Shown here: in pieces, positions 1 through 14,600 of the stretch
Numbering within the stretch: position 1 is the first letter of the stretch
Layout of the letters: each line of letters opens with the position of its first letter
NCBI RefSeq assembly: GCF_031769215.1
Contig: NW_026782016.1
Coordinates: forward strand, 992,001 to 1,056,000
DNA: 64,000 bases
Source of the DNA: Ylistrum balloti
Lineage: Eukaryota
Reading direction: 5' to 3'
The notes under the pieces: model-generated
The model's input: the letters and a program-made list of their open reading frames with translations, nothing else
Databases searched by the model: none
Told to the model about the DNA's origin: nothing
Position numbers and translations under genes: made by a program

Positions 1-2
1 CA

Positions 3-1118
3 ACTTCCGGGTGGAGTCCTATTGATTATGACTTTTACCATAGTAGTTGTATTGTCTACAACGAATCCAACGTATATTACGTCATAATATTGTTTATGTT
101 CGGAATAGGAACAGCCATCTTATCCGGGGCTGTCTGTATTCCGATCATTTTGAATTCTCGAAAGTCAAGAATCTTGCGCGAAAATGCAGAAGCTGCTAAA
201 ATAGAGGCAGATATTCGCCGTAAGATGAGGCTGGAAGCCATAGCAGAAGAGAAAAAAGAAATGGAAGCTGAAAAAATCAAGAACGGTCAGGATTCAAGTA
301 AGAAATTAGAAAAATCTCTTCAGCCGCAGGCGAGACAGGGATGGACAAACGATAAACCATCAAATAGTAAAACAAATAATAATGCAAAGAAGAAACAAAC
401 GAGAAAGAAAACACGACGCGCGAGAACACCAAAACGGAGAGACAAACGCCTGCTAGAAGATGATTATGAGGATCCCGACTTTCACCTGACTGTCACATAT
501 ATGATAATGTGGGTCCTATTGTTGGTACTCTGGCTGCCGTACTTTATAGTCCTATTCAGGCACGCGGCGATTAACGACACGGACTTTTGGAGGGGATACT
601 ATTCCGTAACTGTCATACTTGCCCTTTTCAGTTTCTGCATCAAGCCGATCATATACTTGTCTCATAATAGACACATGCAAGAGAAAACTAAGGACACTAT
701 TCCTGAAAATGTTGTCAACCGCGCATCAGCTCTGCGGATGTCTTTTGGTGACGTTGTTGATAAATTGGATAAGATAGTGTTTAAATCTCCAAGGACTCAG
801 CCGTCTATTCAGACTACAGTGAAAGCGCATACTATAGCTATGAAATGGATGAATAAGTCCAATGTGAAAGATAAATCTGTTAAACAAGAGGCTGATGTCG
901 CTTCAGAGGGTAGTCAAGATGAACATAAACATGACCAGTCAGAATCGGTAAATGATAAAGAGGGCCTCCTGAACCTTGCTGCTCCAGCGGATGGGTCATC
1001 TAAGGTAACGTCACCAACGCCAACGGATACGAACACTGCTGCCGACACTGCCGAATCAGCCTTAATTGATATGGAGGAAAGCGATCAGGGAACGGGCAGG
1101 TGGCCAGCGATGATCTAA
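3..1118 (+). CDS. Rhodopsin-like (class A) GPCR, 3' part (ECL2 to C-terminus), 5'-truncated by the window edge
   Basis: The frame is open from position 3 (TSGWSPIDYDFYHSSCIVY..., a GW...Y...C ECL2 pattern) to TAA at 1116-1118. It contains a hydrophobic TM5 (YYVIILFMFGIGTAILSGAVCIPIIL), a long charged ICL3, TM6 with LWLPY (CWxP-like) and TM7 with KPIIY (NPxxY-like), followed by a long C-tail. Confidence 0.85.
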   Translation, partial: TSGWSPIDYDFYHSSCIVYNESNVYYVIILFMFGIGTAILSGAVCIPIILNSRKSRILRENAEAAKIEADIRRKMRLEAIAEEKKEMEAEKIKNGQDSSKKLEKSLQPQARQGWTNDKPSNSKTNNNAKKKQTRKKTRRARTPKRRDKRLLEDDYEDPDFHLTVTYMIMWVLLLVLWLPYFIVLFRHAAINDTDFWRGYYSVTVILALFSFCIKPIIYLSHNRHMQEKTKDTIPENVVNRASALRMSFGDVVDKLDKIVFKSPRTQPSIQTTVKAHTIAMKWMNKSNVKDKSVKQEADVASEGSQDEHKHDQSESVNDKEGLLNLAAPADGSSKVTSPTPTDTNTAADTAESALIDMEESDQGTGRWPAMI

Positions 1119-3209
1119 CATTCACCAGAACATGTGTCTCGAATGTGACAATAATAACGTTTCATATGTAATGTTTCAGAAAAGGATAGTGTTCGTTAAA
1201 TGTGTTTTTGTATCTATGACCATAAATGTGGATATTTTATTTGCCTGTTAGAAAATATTGACAGAGTTCACGCCTTTTCACTTGTTCATAACTAATTCCA
1301 CTACAACATTTGATTTATATTTGCGAGAGAAAAACGAAATATAACTTCTAGGGATGAAGTTTTGTTATCAGTTTTGTAATCTAGTTTTGGGCCAGAAGAA
1401 ACCAGCTTATCAAACATTTAAACGATTTTATGTCCCACGAAAAAAATATCTTAATCACAATTTTCATTTTGTCATTTTCTTTTACTGTACAGTTGTGTTC
1501 ATAACTTTACCTCTATGCTCAATATCTACAGCTAATATGTAGATGTACGAAGAAGTCACTACATAACCAGTAAGTCACGTGACTGTCACGAGAGACTGCA
1601 TTAGCATATCGACGGTATATCTTTTCTGCGCACCTATTCGACAAAATCACACTTCATACAGAATTTGGACACACCCTAGAGTAAAACTGATGTAAATTCA
1701 TCTTATGGCCAGAGTACAGTGCAAATATGACGCAGTAATGCTCAATGCTTCAAAATATTTCGACATAATAATTCAATTTATAGGGAGTAGGGGTGGGGGG
1801 AATCATATAAGATAACGACAAAACGTGGTTTATTTTAAATGATATAGAATATTGGGAAACACAGACGCGACTCATGTCAGACGCTTTAATATCTATCTGT
1901 AAATATTAGAACTCTCAGGTATTTTAAATATCACACGACAGTTGAGTGATTAGAGATATAAAACCATTATTGATACAAAGATGTCGGGGTCATAAATTCC
2001 GATCCTTTATCATATAGATAGATAGCTTATAAAGACATGGAGTATCGTAAAGTATGCACTCGGTTATGTCTATAATCAACAAGTGTTGTAAAGCAAAATA
2101 GTTAACATGTCCACCGGTGTAAATACTCATGTACGTATTGTGACGTCATCGGAATGTATAGATATCAACAATCCATTCTTTACGCGGTGATATCCACAAA
2201 CGCGCTATATTTTATCTGAATAAGGCCAAAGGTTTTTTTGCTTTGTTTTTTGTTTTTGTTTTTTTAATGGTTCTAAACCATGACACCTGATTGAATTTGG
2301 TTGGCTTTGTTCTGTGCTACGCAAAGGAGAACTTTGTATAAACCACGGGTCTAACCCTATAGGGGAATTTGGGTACATCTTTGAAAACTCTTCTTCAAAC
2401 AATAATGTTAAGTAGGGAATTCGTCGGCAGGAAGGTAATCCTTCTTATATAAACAGCAAGTCTTTGGTCATCCAGTGCTGAAATGATGAGGTCAAATAGA
2501 CTTTTGTTAATCAATCAATCTTAGTACATCTGATCTGACAACGCTGTATAATCTAAATGTCACTGACGACGTAGTTGTAATATACAATTTTATTCTTTGT
2601 TTGGCTCTACCGTATATAACACTAGATTTGTACTGAAAGAGCTATTTACTTGTGTGCTATTTATACAATCTACGATATTGCAGGTAGTAAACCCTAATGG
2701 TAGACATTTAGTCCCCGAGGCTTACCGTAGCCTTATTGCTACGATTTAATTCATTCAAACAGTGGCACGGTTCAGAATATATAAATGTACTTGGCGGTGT
2801 TCCAAAATTGTCAGATATATAAAAATCACATAATTTATTGAGTTATAGGGCTAGGGCACCTTCCAGTCTCGATTATAACTTTTATATCGATCTGTTTGGT
2901 TCTTCCTTATTGGCCTCAAGGCTTCAAACTTTAGTTCCTTATCATCACTGTCGAGTCCAAGAATAAAGAAATAGAAGTATGTCACATTTTACTTCGTTGT
3001 GTTTGGCTCTGCTGTATTTAACTCTAAATTTGTATTAAAAGGAGTTATTCACGAGGTTGTCTTATGTAAAATCTTCGAGATTGCAGGTGGTAGACACTGT
3101 TTTTGGACTTTTTGGAATCATTGCAAATAGATATGTTTTTATCACCGTTTATGTATTTAAAGTTTGTCTATTAATCATCACACAAACTAAGTGAAGTTTC
3201 CATTTACTC

Positions 3210-6200
3210 TTATCCAAGAAAATCAAGGTAAGCCAACCTCTCTTCATTTGAGTCTCTGTCAGTGACTTGTATTTCTATCTCTGCACCGCCGAATGTAAAC
3301 TGAACGTCGGCACCTCGTTCAAGTCCTTTGCTGATGTCAGGCATTTCTATTTCAACAGATCCAATACACTCACAGCCTTCATCTGTGACATACTCTGGTG
3401 ACGGGTTGTGAGAAATGTAAATACCGAAAAGTATTCCTGTTTGATCTGGATATACTACGGCATAAGGATACTTCTCTAAACTCTGCCATACAGGTATTAC
3501 GTCTCCTTTCTTTACATGAATGCTAAATACATCAACACAGTATACCGATTCACCATCTACTTCTTTCAGTTTCTCGACTGGATCTTTTTCGGGAATAAAC
3601 AACCGCATAGTGTCTGTGCCATATGTATACCTACTGATTCGTTCAGTTACAGTGTTTAGCTCATGTCCGTTTATGACAGCACCTTTCAGAACAGCGAGAC
3701 CTGCCTCATGTGGAATGACAAGACGCTTGTTTGGAAACTTGGTGGAAATTCCTGTTTGCAATAGCGGACATTCTGAATATCCACCAACAAGAAGTATAGC
3801 CTGCGCTTTGGCGACCTCAGGGTGTTCCAACAATTTTTCCACGTGGTTTTTTATCTTCTCGACGGATTTCTTGAATATTGTCTGAGCTAGATCTGACTTG
3901 ATCCGCAATCTATCCATCTTCCATGTGAGATTGTTTGCATACTTTTTACTTGAAGATATACTCTTCTCGATGGTTTTATTTGGGTGCATCTCAGCAAATG
4001 TTTCAATCAAAGTTATCGGAAGTGTAAATGTTATTTTTTCATCAGTCGTTGACGAAATCGACCTTTTCTTGGTTTCAAAAGACCTCTGTAGCTCTAGATA
4101 GTCTCCTACATGTTTTTGTTTGAATTTTTCAAACACGTCAGCTCCTAGGATTTCGGAAAGAAGCGTTTCAAAGTCATTGTCTACCATGGTCCCTCCCCAG
4201 TCCCCACCATTTGCCATATGGATTTCCTTCAGCTTTAGACCTTCCAGTACTTCGTGCACTGTGATATCAACTGTGCCGCCTAAAACATGGAAAGTTAATT
4301 CCTATAATTACTTATAAGACAACTAGACCAATGAAGAGTATCAGAATAATGCAGAACTCGGTGTGAAAAAACTGTTTAGACAAATGCTATTTAAACTTTT
4401 GATAATGATTATTATTCAGGGATGGATATTATTGCACCTGTCACGCCTACTGATTGTATCTATTCAGTATTCTTCTGTCATCCATTGTGCATCATATTTT
4501 ATGATATTTTAATTTTGTTTTTGAAAAGCGTCTATATGAATGTTAGAAAGTAATGAATTATTGCAGGTATTTAGCAGATTTTTTTAACGTCGATGCAACA
4601 ATGAATGCGGAATAGCCAGCAAATGCACGTGTCAATAATATGTAATTGGTAGATTCTCACCACAATTACTCCAGTGTCAACTACAATCTCTTGTGGCATT
4701 CTGCAGGAACGATCCTTTATTAGTGTATAGATCCATAGTTAGTAGTGTCAATTTCTATTGTTCCAACATCGGTATTACAGCATGTACTTACCACCAACAT
4801 CTACCACAATGTATCGAGACCCTGGCCGGAAAACCGCCAGGTTGTCGCCTCCTTTTCCGACAGACATTTCTTTAAGAGGCAAGTGCTTACAGAACAAAGC
4901 CGCTGACTCAGCCTCTAACGACAGGACCAGCTGATAGCTTGGGATACCTGCCTGAACAAAGAATGCAGATTTATTCAGTGAGATATATTCTCTATTATCA
5001 ACAATTATTGGTAAGACTTTAAATAACATTCTACATTGTTATATTATATCTCATTACTTTTACCTTTACCGTGACATAATACAAAAAGTTAGAGTGACGA
5101 CAAGATGTTTTAGATACATCATTGCAGTGAACTTTATAACAGCTTTATGGTAGGTTGACAATTGGATAGCGCAAACCATTGTCCGTTACCTGCTGAGCGC
5201 ATTCCCTCATAAATTGCTTTGCTCGATCTGTCCAAATTGCAGGAACCGTCAGGACCCAACGGATATCGGACGTCGAAAGTTCGAGTCCTCTCTTTTGACA
5301 CGTACTTAGTAGGTGGTCTACCAAATACTTCATTGCCGATGCAAATACTGTCATTGCGAGCATTGGTTTACCGTTTTGAGCATACAATTTCATAGATCTG
5401 GTGATATCCTAAAAATATAGAGAAATGTCAACAATTCAGTTAACACAACTACCAGTAAACCTAATAATCTTAGCGATTTAATCCGAATTCCGATTAATCA
5501 TATTTTCGATTGATGGTAACCAATGTATTCTTGCTTACCTCTTGCTCATACAGCGACATCTTAAAACGTCTGAAGAAAAACCAATCGTGGTGTTTTCCCT
5601 CTTCTATCAGCTCGGCATACTTGTCTTCGGCCTCAAACCCAAATGTATCAAAGTGTCCGTCTGGCTTGAACAGAACGCAACTTGAAGTCTTCAATGAGGC
5701 AAGATTCCCCGATCCAGCTTTCCATACAAGAGTATTGATATTCAAAGGGTTTTTCATATACTCTAACCGTGTTGAGAACGCGTATCCCGAGTAGGTTGTT
5801 CCGAAGTCCAATGCTGCCGCCAAAATGTACGGGTTGTTTTTGAGGTCTTTTTTCTGTAACAAGGTAATCGTAACATGGAAGACAGGCAATGTGTTATTGA
5901 TAACAGCATGTTTACAACAAAAACAGGTCACAAGACAGTCACAATAAATATCTGTATATTCGCATTTTTTCCGTATGTACATTTTGGAGAGACTGACTCG
6001 TCTATACATACAGAATAGATATATATATATATATAATTAACAGAATTATTTAAATATGACTGATTTTGTCTTCATTAATTTTAATTCAAATCAATCAATG
6101 CGAGTGCATTCTCGTTGGTATGCTACAAAATACAATATTTGCGCTGATTGAACTTTTAATCAGTGTTGATCGTTCTAGAACATTCTGCACTAACTATACA

Positions 6201-6364
6201 AAATGATAGCCTGACAGTGACAAAAGTAGTACCATGAATCCACAATTGTGTATTGATATTTTGTTCATATTTTGTGCAATCTTCATAAGTCAAAACAATA
6301 TTCAACATTTTCTTACACTCACCAGTATGCGAGGCTGCATCTTCTGTTCCACTTGTGAATCCAT
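3210..6364 (-). CDS. HSPA12: Heat shock 70 kDa protein 12-like (HSPA12A/B family), copy 1, 5 coding exons, about 601 aa
   Basis: Exons 6364-6323 (MDSQVEQKMQPRIL), 5853-5539, 5408-5190, 4951-4792 and 4279-3210. All introns are GT-AG and the total of 1806 nt is in frame. Motifs: AALDFGTTYSG, WFFFRRFKM, WVLTVPAIW, LEAESAA, DVGGGTVDI, GGDWGG, LVGGYSE, AVLKGAV. The 14-aa first exon is less certain than the core. Confidence 0.95.
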
Positions 6365-7505
6365 CTGAATCAAACCATGACTCATTAGAGATGATACGGA
6401 TATGACTAGCTTAATATACTACAATGGTCAATAGTCGCTTTGTGGTTTTAAGACAGTCGCAAGAATTTCAGCTAATTGTTTATCTATCTTCTTTACTACT
6501 ATCATTAGTCTTTGCATGACTTAAGTTTGTTATGAAGAATCCTGTAACACTTTATGCATCCATATTCGATCCGATTCCATGTTATATATTCATTTGTACA
6601 GGTTTCGTGGTCGCTTGACGGGAAGTTTTGTTTGTTTGTAGTAACCCTGCACACCCCAATTAAGTGTTTACTTTTATTTTTAACGGGATATGATAAACAC
6701 AAGTACATGACGTCTGTTATAACATCAAATGCAGTCAAATTACAATATACATGTAATTATGTGGTTAATTGTTGTGGCTCTATTGCAACTTATTCGAAAG
6801 ACATAAGATTCGTTTTTCCCCAGTTATTGAATCCCGCTCTGTTGGTCCCTCGTAACACGTATGCATGTCTCAGTTTCTTTCATCATTTGAATTTCATCAT
6901 AGGAGAAGCCAATGTGAAAATAATGGCTTCATCATTATTTCACATTTTAGTAATGGTTTAAATATAACGAAAATGTAAACTTTCAAAACATTACAGGCCG
7001 CCTGTATTGTGTCGTGTCGCACATCTAAATATAATTAGACACATATGATGAAATTACTTAATTACGTAGGTAGTAGAACACTTAAAGCCCGCATATTGTC
7101 TTATTGGGAAACAGGTTTGAGACTTTTCGTGTGATTCTCAGAAATATGAGTTATATGATAGTTATAATTATAAACTTGTGCTGATGTAATATGCGATTAA
7201 AATGTAATATGGTATTTAAAAAGTAACAACACCTCGGTAAATGATTTGATATGTCACCCAACTATGTCCTGACATATTGATTTATTGAATTCATTTAATA
7301 AATTTTATGCTTAATCGACATTCATGTGAGACCATCCGTATATGCATGTAAAATAGAGGTTTATTTCTAAAATGCTTCTGAAGTAAGCACAGGTAGATAC
7401 ATAGCATTTATTATCTATGTTTGTGTTTAATTATAAGGGTAAAATTGAATGGATAAGCTTAGATAGCGTCCGACAGTAAGTCATACAATACAGAAAGGTA
7501 ATCAC

Positions 7506-7578
<73 letters not shown>
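7506..7578. repeat. Compound microsatellite (TA)n(GT)~29
   Basis: Directly visible in the sequence. Confidence 0.97.
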
Positions 7579-7581
<3 letters not shown>

Positions 7582-9841
7582 TATGTATTCGCCTATAATC
7601 AAAAATGTATGAAACACATATTTTTCACTTCAATATATAAATATTATCATCCTATATTTATATGAATTACTGTCAAACATCAGATTCCTGTACACATATG
7701 ATACTCACCTTAGCTTGTCTGTAATCTTTCACTATACCTACGTGAAGGAATGAGACTATTTGGAAATCATTTCAATAGAAATAAATTTGGAAATTAGGAC
7801 CAGGAAGTTTAAAACATGCGTAACGAATATTCGTTGTACAAGTCGTTTCTGGCATACACCACCAAGAAAAATACGATCCTATGCTATGGAGCTCTATACT
7901 CCTTGATGTGGAGTATAGATAAAAACATACATTTCAAACGCTTCATTAATCCTAAATGTTCAGTGTCTCAGTGACTAACTCTGACCTGATCATAATTATT
8001 TGCATGTTGGGCAATGTCCTTAGCTGATATTTTCGTAAAACCGTTAACATAAGTTGCTTTCGGATGACGTCAGAATGTAGGCTACAGTTATTTCGAGCAT
8101 GTCTTTGTATTACAGAAGAAAAATCGTTATTCAAATACTTGTTTCATTTCGCAATGATCACACGTCTATGCTATTCCAATGCTTAATTTATAAATGTCGC
8201 TATTAACTTAATCTAACTAAATTGCCATGAAACATAATGAAACTTTAATCATCCTTATAATTCACTTTGTGTAACTAAATTTCAGGTCATTTAAACTATT
8301 TATACCGCTATTTTTCATAATGCAATAGTTCAGTGTAAAACGATACAATAATATATACGGTCATTGTTATTCCGTCTCTCTCAGCACACAAACGTCCGCG
8401 AAAGCTTGGTTTAGAGAAAATGCATTATTTTAATGCTAAATGTCGCGTGACATCAAAGTGTTACTTCGGCGGTGGTGATATTTTATTTACCTGATAAGAC
8501 ACTACTACACCGGTCACGCCTGTATTTATTCATAAACATTCATGATCGTTTTAAGATAAATCTACCCTAGTATACAGTTAATGTTTATAGAATGATTCTC
8601 CCCTTTTTAATCTGTACACGGCTATATCCAATCACGTGAACGTTGTCCGTCTTGATTCATAGTCTACATTTTAGATACGCACAATTGATTGTGAACTTCA
8701 CTCGATTTTTTCGTGGTTAGAAATCTGGTGATGGCAAATATCATAAAATTCCACGATTGGTTGTTTAATATCAATTGATACGTACATCGGAATCAAACTG
8801 ATGTCCAAACCCTAAGGAAAATAAAGAACTTTTGTCATATTTTTAATTTATAATCTCAGTAACAACTAAACTGATACATTTCAAGATCAAATAAAACCTG
8901 TTCTTATTTGTCATTTGTCAGATAGATAAAAGACAATCTGACGACAGATCTTAACTGTTATAACTATTATATATACTGTTTTAGCATTCGTGTATGTTAT
9001 TAACAACTTGGTGCCAGAAGGATGTTTCTTTGTTTAGAGAACCTGTTCGCAATACAGATAATAACGGAACGCGTTCGTGGTCCACTATTTTGACACATAC
9101 CACAGTTTGACCTACTTGTGCACACACTCCGTGCACTTGCTATTTGTTATATGTTTAAATCAGTCCTTCACCTACCTGCTTCGAAGGTAATTTCAGAATT
9201 ATAAATCATATAGTAAAAAAATATCTATTGTAATTATGCACAGGTAAAAATCAATATCATCGACTCACAAAATTTGGTTTGATATAAACAATTTTATTTG
9301 CCCAAGATTTGCAAAACGATAAAGTGTTTAGTTAAAGACGAATATTTCACTTTCTTAATCAAGGGTATCGCAAAACTATTGAATCTTATGAGAAGTCCCT
9401 GTTTCCTACAATACTTTGTACATACATTATGTATTAGCAGGGACATATTATAGGTCCCTGATATTAGACCCGGTCAATCGAAATAACCCTTTGACTTCAC
9501 CTACACCATGTGAGCTCATTATATTTCCCACTCGTGCATAACGAGTACTTTCCACTACCTAACATCAGGTATCGGGATACATACCAGCGGTGCGATCTGG
9601 GTGGCTGTGCTATTTAGACGATAATGTAATATAATCTAACGGAAACCAAAGTCTTGGCTTAAACTCTTTATGCATACCAGTACGTCGTCAGTTTGAAATT
9701 ATTGAGAAAAGAGACGTGATTATCCGATAAAGGAAAGTCAACGTATGGCCATTACAACATGTGGACATGCAAAGTTTTTTTTCTTAGTTTTTATTCTTTT
9801 TTTGAAATATTTTGACACAAGTGTACAAAACAAGATATACA

Positions 9842-9876
9842 TCCATCCATCATCCATCCAACCATCCATCCATCCA
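9842..9876. repeat. (CATC)n tetranucleotide microsatellite, imperfect
   Basis: Directly visible in the sequence. Confidence 0.85.
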
Positions 9877-10132
9877 TTCGTCCTCAAAGGCATAATGAAT
9901 ATGTATACGTGCCTGTCCTCACTATTCACCCCATCGTCATTATAATCACCTCCATTACGATACAGCCTCATATCTCTAGTACATGTTATCATCACATACA
10001 ATACATATATGTCATCCTTCTAACTTTTGCATCCAACTCATACACACAAAGACACACCCACCCACACATTCACCTATAGTCACCTGTTCATTCATATGTA
10101 CCACAAGAAGACAAACACAATACATATGTATA

Positions 10133-10364
10133 NNNNNNNNNNNNNNNNNNNNNNNNNNNNNNNNNNNNNNNNNNNNNNNNNNNNNNNNNNNNNNNNNNNN
10201 NNNNNNNNNNNNNNNNNNNNNNNNNNNNNNNNNNNNNNNNNNNNNNNNNNNNNNNNNNNNNNNNNNNNNNNNNNNNNNNNNNNNNNNNNNNNNNNNNNNN
10301 NNNNNNNNNNNNNNNNNNNNNNNNNNNNNNNNNNNNNNNNNNNNNNNNNNNNNNNNNNNNNNNN
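10133..10364. other. Assembly gap (232 N)
   Basis: Run of N. Confidence 0.99.
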
Positions 10365-11602
10365 GGGGAGCGGAAAGATAGTGTGTGGTCAGATTTTCAG
10401 ATTATCTTCAAATGAAGTAGTAATAGAATAGTACAAGACGATGTGTTCAAATGATAATAATAATGATAATAGAATTAGGCGAACTCAACAAGTTTCATCC
10501 ATTTCTTCCATTTATTATCAATGTTTTTGAAGATAGTCATCTCCTTAATATATTTCTGGACTTTATATCACTCCTTAATCTGGTTAGCTAATACCATAAC
10601 ATTTAAGGATTTATGAAAAAAACATCTGGTTATATATATATATTGTTTAATAAGTAAAATAATTCCATTATTTACTGCATGGTAAAGACCTGTTTGTTCA
10701 TATATTCCAAAATATTCCATTATTTGTAAGACCAGTTTTGTAAATATAAGAGTAAGTAGTTAAGATGTGATGGTTTATACAAAACTCTAACCATTGAAAT
10801 TTTGTATTGCTAGTAGTCCTAAACGGAAGGGAGGACATGAAAAGTTTGCGTGTATAATTCGAAAGTAAACAAAAAAAAATGTTGCAAAGTATATTCCACC
10901 ACACACACCACCATCATAAACACAATATTTAACATTTAATTCAAACTCGATAAACGAAGGCAAAAACATACCATAGAAAATTGACACGGATCCCCATGAA
11001 AAAGTATAGGAAAATAAAATGATGTGTTTCAGAAGATTAGGCATCATCGAAAGAACCTGTTACCGTATACCTTAGCCAGTCCAAATCCATCATGTCACTT
11101 TCCCAATGAGAACAGCAATGAAATCACAAATATTTCGCCTTAGAAATCCATTACGAGCAGATAGATGAACAGCTTTGTTTTAAGTTCAATCATAGAAATG
11201 CAATCCTTGTCTTGCTAGCCATACATGATGACCGTTTTACACGCAGAATCTCTTTTTCAACAAGTAAAACAATACTCGAGGTAACTCAAGAAACCAAACT
11301 AATGAGACAGGCGGACCTTCTTTGAAGATGTTAAGATGAAGCTCATTGTGTAATCGTCATTTAGTGAATAGAATAGGCAGGAAGCAGCGTTGTGAACGTT
11401 TAGCAGACTGCTATGTTATCAATACATTTATTGTATAATAACGCATGAATAAAAAAAAGTCCGACTGTACTAGACACCAGTGCAAATATGTTTATCAGTT
11501 TGTTGGGTTCCTGTACTTGATTTTTTTATCTGTTTTTTAAGAGAAATATCTTTACTCATTGGCAAATGTTAACAAACTAACTTTTAATTTAACATGCAAC
11601 AC

Positions 11603-14600
11603 TTATTCTAGAAAGTTAAAATATGCATTTGTTTCCTTCTGCGTGTGTATATCATACGCTTTCACCTCAATCTCCGCACCACCAAACGTGAATACCACAT
11701 CCACTCCTCGATCCAAGCCCCTTGTTGTATCGGACATTTCAACAATCAGTTCACCAACACTTTCAACGCCTTCTTCAATTACATACATGGGATTTGGATC
11801 TGTTGTGGTGTGCAATCGCACCGGGAGCTTTTTCTGGTCTTTTTCTACAACTGTATAACGATTTGATTTGCCACTGAGACCAACCGGTACTGCATCTCCA
11901 GCACGTACGTGTACAGAGAAGCCACCTGCACAGCGCGGTCTCCCATCACCTCCTGATACCTTAAGCCGGGGATCATGTACTCCTCGAATGAATGGAATAT
12001 CTGCTGCAACGCCGTAGGTAAGTCTGCTGATCCTCTCGATGACGGCTTCTAGTTCATGTCCATTGATGACAGCCCCAATGAGCACAGCGAGGCCAGCTTG
12101 GTTCGGAATCACAAGTCTTTTGTTTGAACATGATCTGGATATTTCGGTTTGTAGAATCGGGCATTCCGAAAATCCTCCAACCATGATAATGGCGTCGATA
12201 TCCTCTACCTGTGGCTGATGAAGAAGGTCTGTGACCTGGTTTATGATGTTTTTAACCGACGGTTCAAACAATTTCCGAGCGATATCCGATTTGATGCGAA
12301 GCTTGTCTCCTTTCCAAGTCAGATTATTCGCAAATTCTTCATGGGCTTCCACCCTGTCTTCTACGGATTTTCCCTCGTTAATCTCTTCAAAAATATCATT
12401 CAAACTACACGGGAGGGTAAAAGTAATTTTCGAGTCAGAAGTAAATTGAATACACCTTTTTTTGGTTTCAAAGCTTCTTTGAAGTTCTAGTAAATCTGAA
12501 ACATGTTCACGTTTGAATTTTTCAAACACATCAGAGCCCAAAATATTAGCCAATAATTGCTCAAATTCTGTGTCGACCATTGTTCCACCCCAGTCTCCCC
12601 CATTGGCCATATGGATCTCCCTCAGCTGCAGTCCGTCCTCCACTTGATGGACAGTGATATCCACAGTTCCTCCTAAAAACACATGCTGATGTATATGCAC
12701 GAGTTGGTAGAATGACATTCATTTTGACAGAGATAACGTGATGTTTCGCTCAAAGAGATACTGTACAAATTATTGGAGAACATATCCCAAATTGCAATAT
12801 AAATACTTGCATATTGAGTTTAGAATGCTGATCATATGATACACTTTGATACCAGTTTGTATAACAAATTCCTATCTGTGCATTAATGATGCTGAAAAAA
12901 TGATTCCGTAAAATATGATCAACAAAACTAACCGAATTATCATTATCATGATATAAAATGATAAATCTAAGGTAGCTGATGATTAAATCAAAAGAATGAA
13001 ACATGACTATCCTACCTAACATAAAAAAAAAATAAAAAGTTCCGGGGTTTTTATTTCATTTACACTGGTATCATCATTCGAAGCAACTACTGATGTCCAG
13101 CGGATCTTTTTATCATAAGATAATATGAAAATTTGCCAAAAACGAAAAATGTGGGTGTTGATATACATGAATGAGAATGTCAATGAAACGAGAGGCCATA
13201 TACATATGTTATTTTGAAGTTTATATGTTTATTTTCATATGCTGAAGGCATAGCAAATTGTTTTCCCTAACTGTGATCGTTTAAGTTTAGATTTCGTCTA
13301 TGATCAGTTCTCTCAAGGAAAGTATGAAAGTCTACTCATGAATGAACCAGTTGCTGATTACATCAATAAGGTCATGCTGTCATGTTGATTGAGTCGTAAA
13401 TCAAACACATAATGGAAGATATGAGATCGGAATGAGACTTTAAGAAAGGTTTACAAGGAAATCCTTAATTTCTTACATAAGGAATAAGACCAGGTCCAAA
13501 TTACATCTCAAACTTACCCCCCATATCCAATACCATGTATTTGGCTCCTGGTTTGAAGATAGAGACATTGCCCGCTTTTCCGACAGCCAGATCACTGACG
13601 GGGAGGTACTTGCAGTACAAGGCCGCAGCCTCCGCTTCGAGTGCCATCACCAGTTGTGGACCGGGTATTCCTGCCTGTAACATAACAAAATGTGATGGTA
13701 ATTTTTTTTTACAAACTGAATCAATATGATTACTTACTAGAATTATGGAATTATGGAAAACATAATGCAAATCCAAAGAAAGTTTCATCAACTCGATTCA
13801 TATTTAATCAATTAATGACTTAATCAATTAAACGTGCATTACCTTTTCAGCACATTCTCTCATGAACTGCTTGGCTTTGTCACTCCAGATTGCAGGCATT
13901 GTCAGTACCCAACGGATGTCAGACATCAGAACCTCTGCACCTCTTTCCACGCATTTCGCTATTAAATGGTCCTTTAAAAAGCGAATGGAGCTAGAAAACA
14001 CCTTCATTGCCAGCATTTCCCTTCCATTCTGATCTTTTATTTTCATAGTCCGGGATATTTCCTAAATGGAAATAATTGGATTGTTGAAAAAGGACATGTC
14101 ATCAGGTCAGTGTAAATTGGTGGAAGCATAACGTCCTACTATTTCAATTAATGGTGAAATAAGGAAGCATAGAATGGATTCGCTACAAGGTATAACGTGG
14201 GTTATTTTACAGTATTTAAAATGTTTACCGAGTGTTTATTGTGACAATCACCATGTAAGGAAATAACATAAGAAGACACTAAAATTGTAACTAATATTCA
14301 ATATATTTTCAATTATCTCAGTGGAAGTAAATACCAAGATACCTTCTGTTCATATAAACACATCTTAAAACGGCGAAAAAAGTACCAAGACCCATGTTGT
14401 TTGTTATCTAGCAGATCAGCGTACTTGTCTTCTGCTTCAAATCCGAAAGAATGAAAACTACCATCTGCTTTAAAGAGAATACACGTGGACGTCTTCAGAG
14501 ACAAAAGATTGCCCGATTCGGCGGTCCATGTCATATTTGAAACTTTTAACGGCGATATTTTGTATTCAAACTGACTTGAAAATGCATAACCAGAGTAAGT

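Noticed and set aside
9983-10431. ORFs of more than 130 aa in the track
   Set aside because: They run through the N gap and low-complexity flanks.
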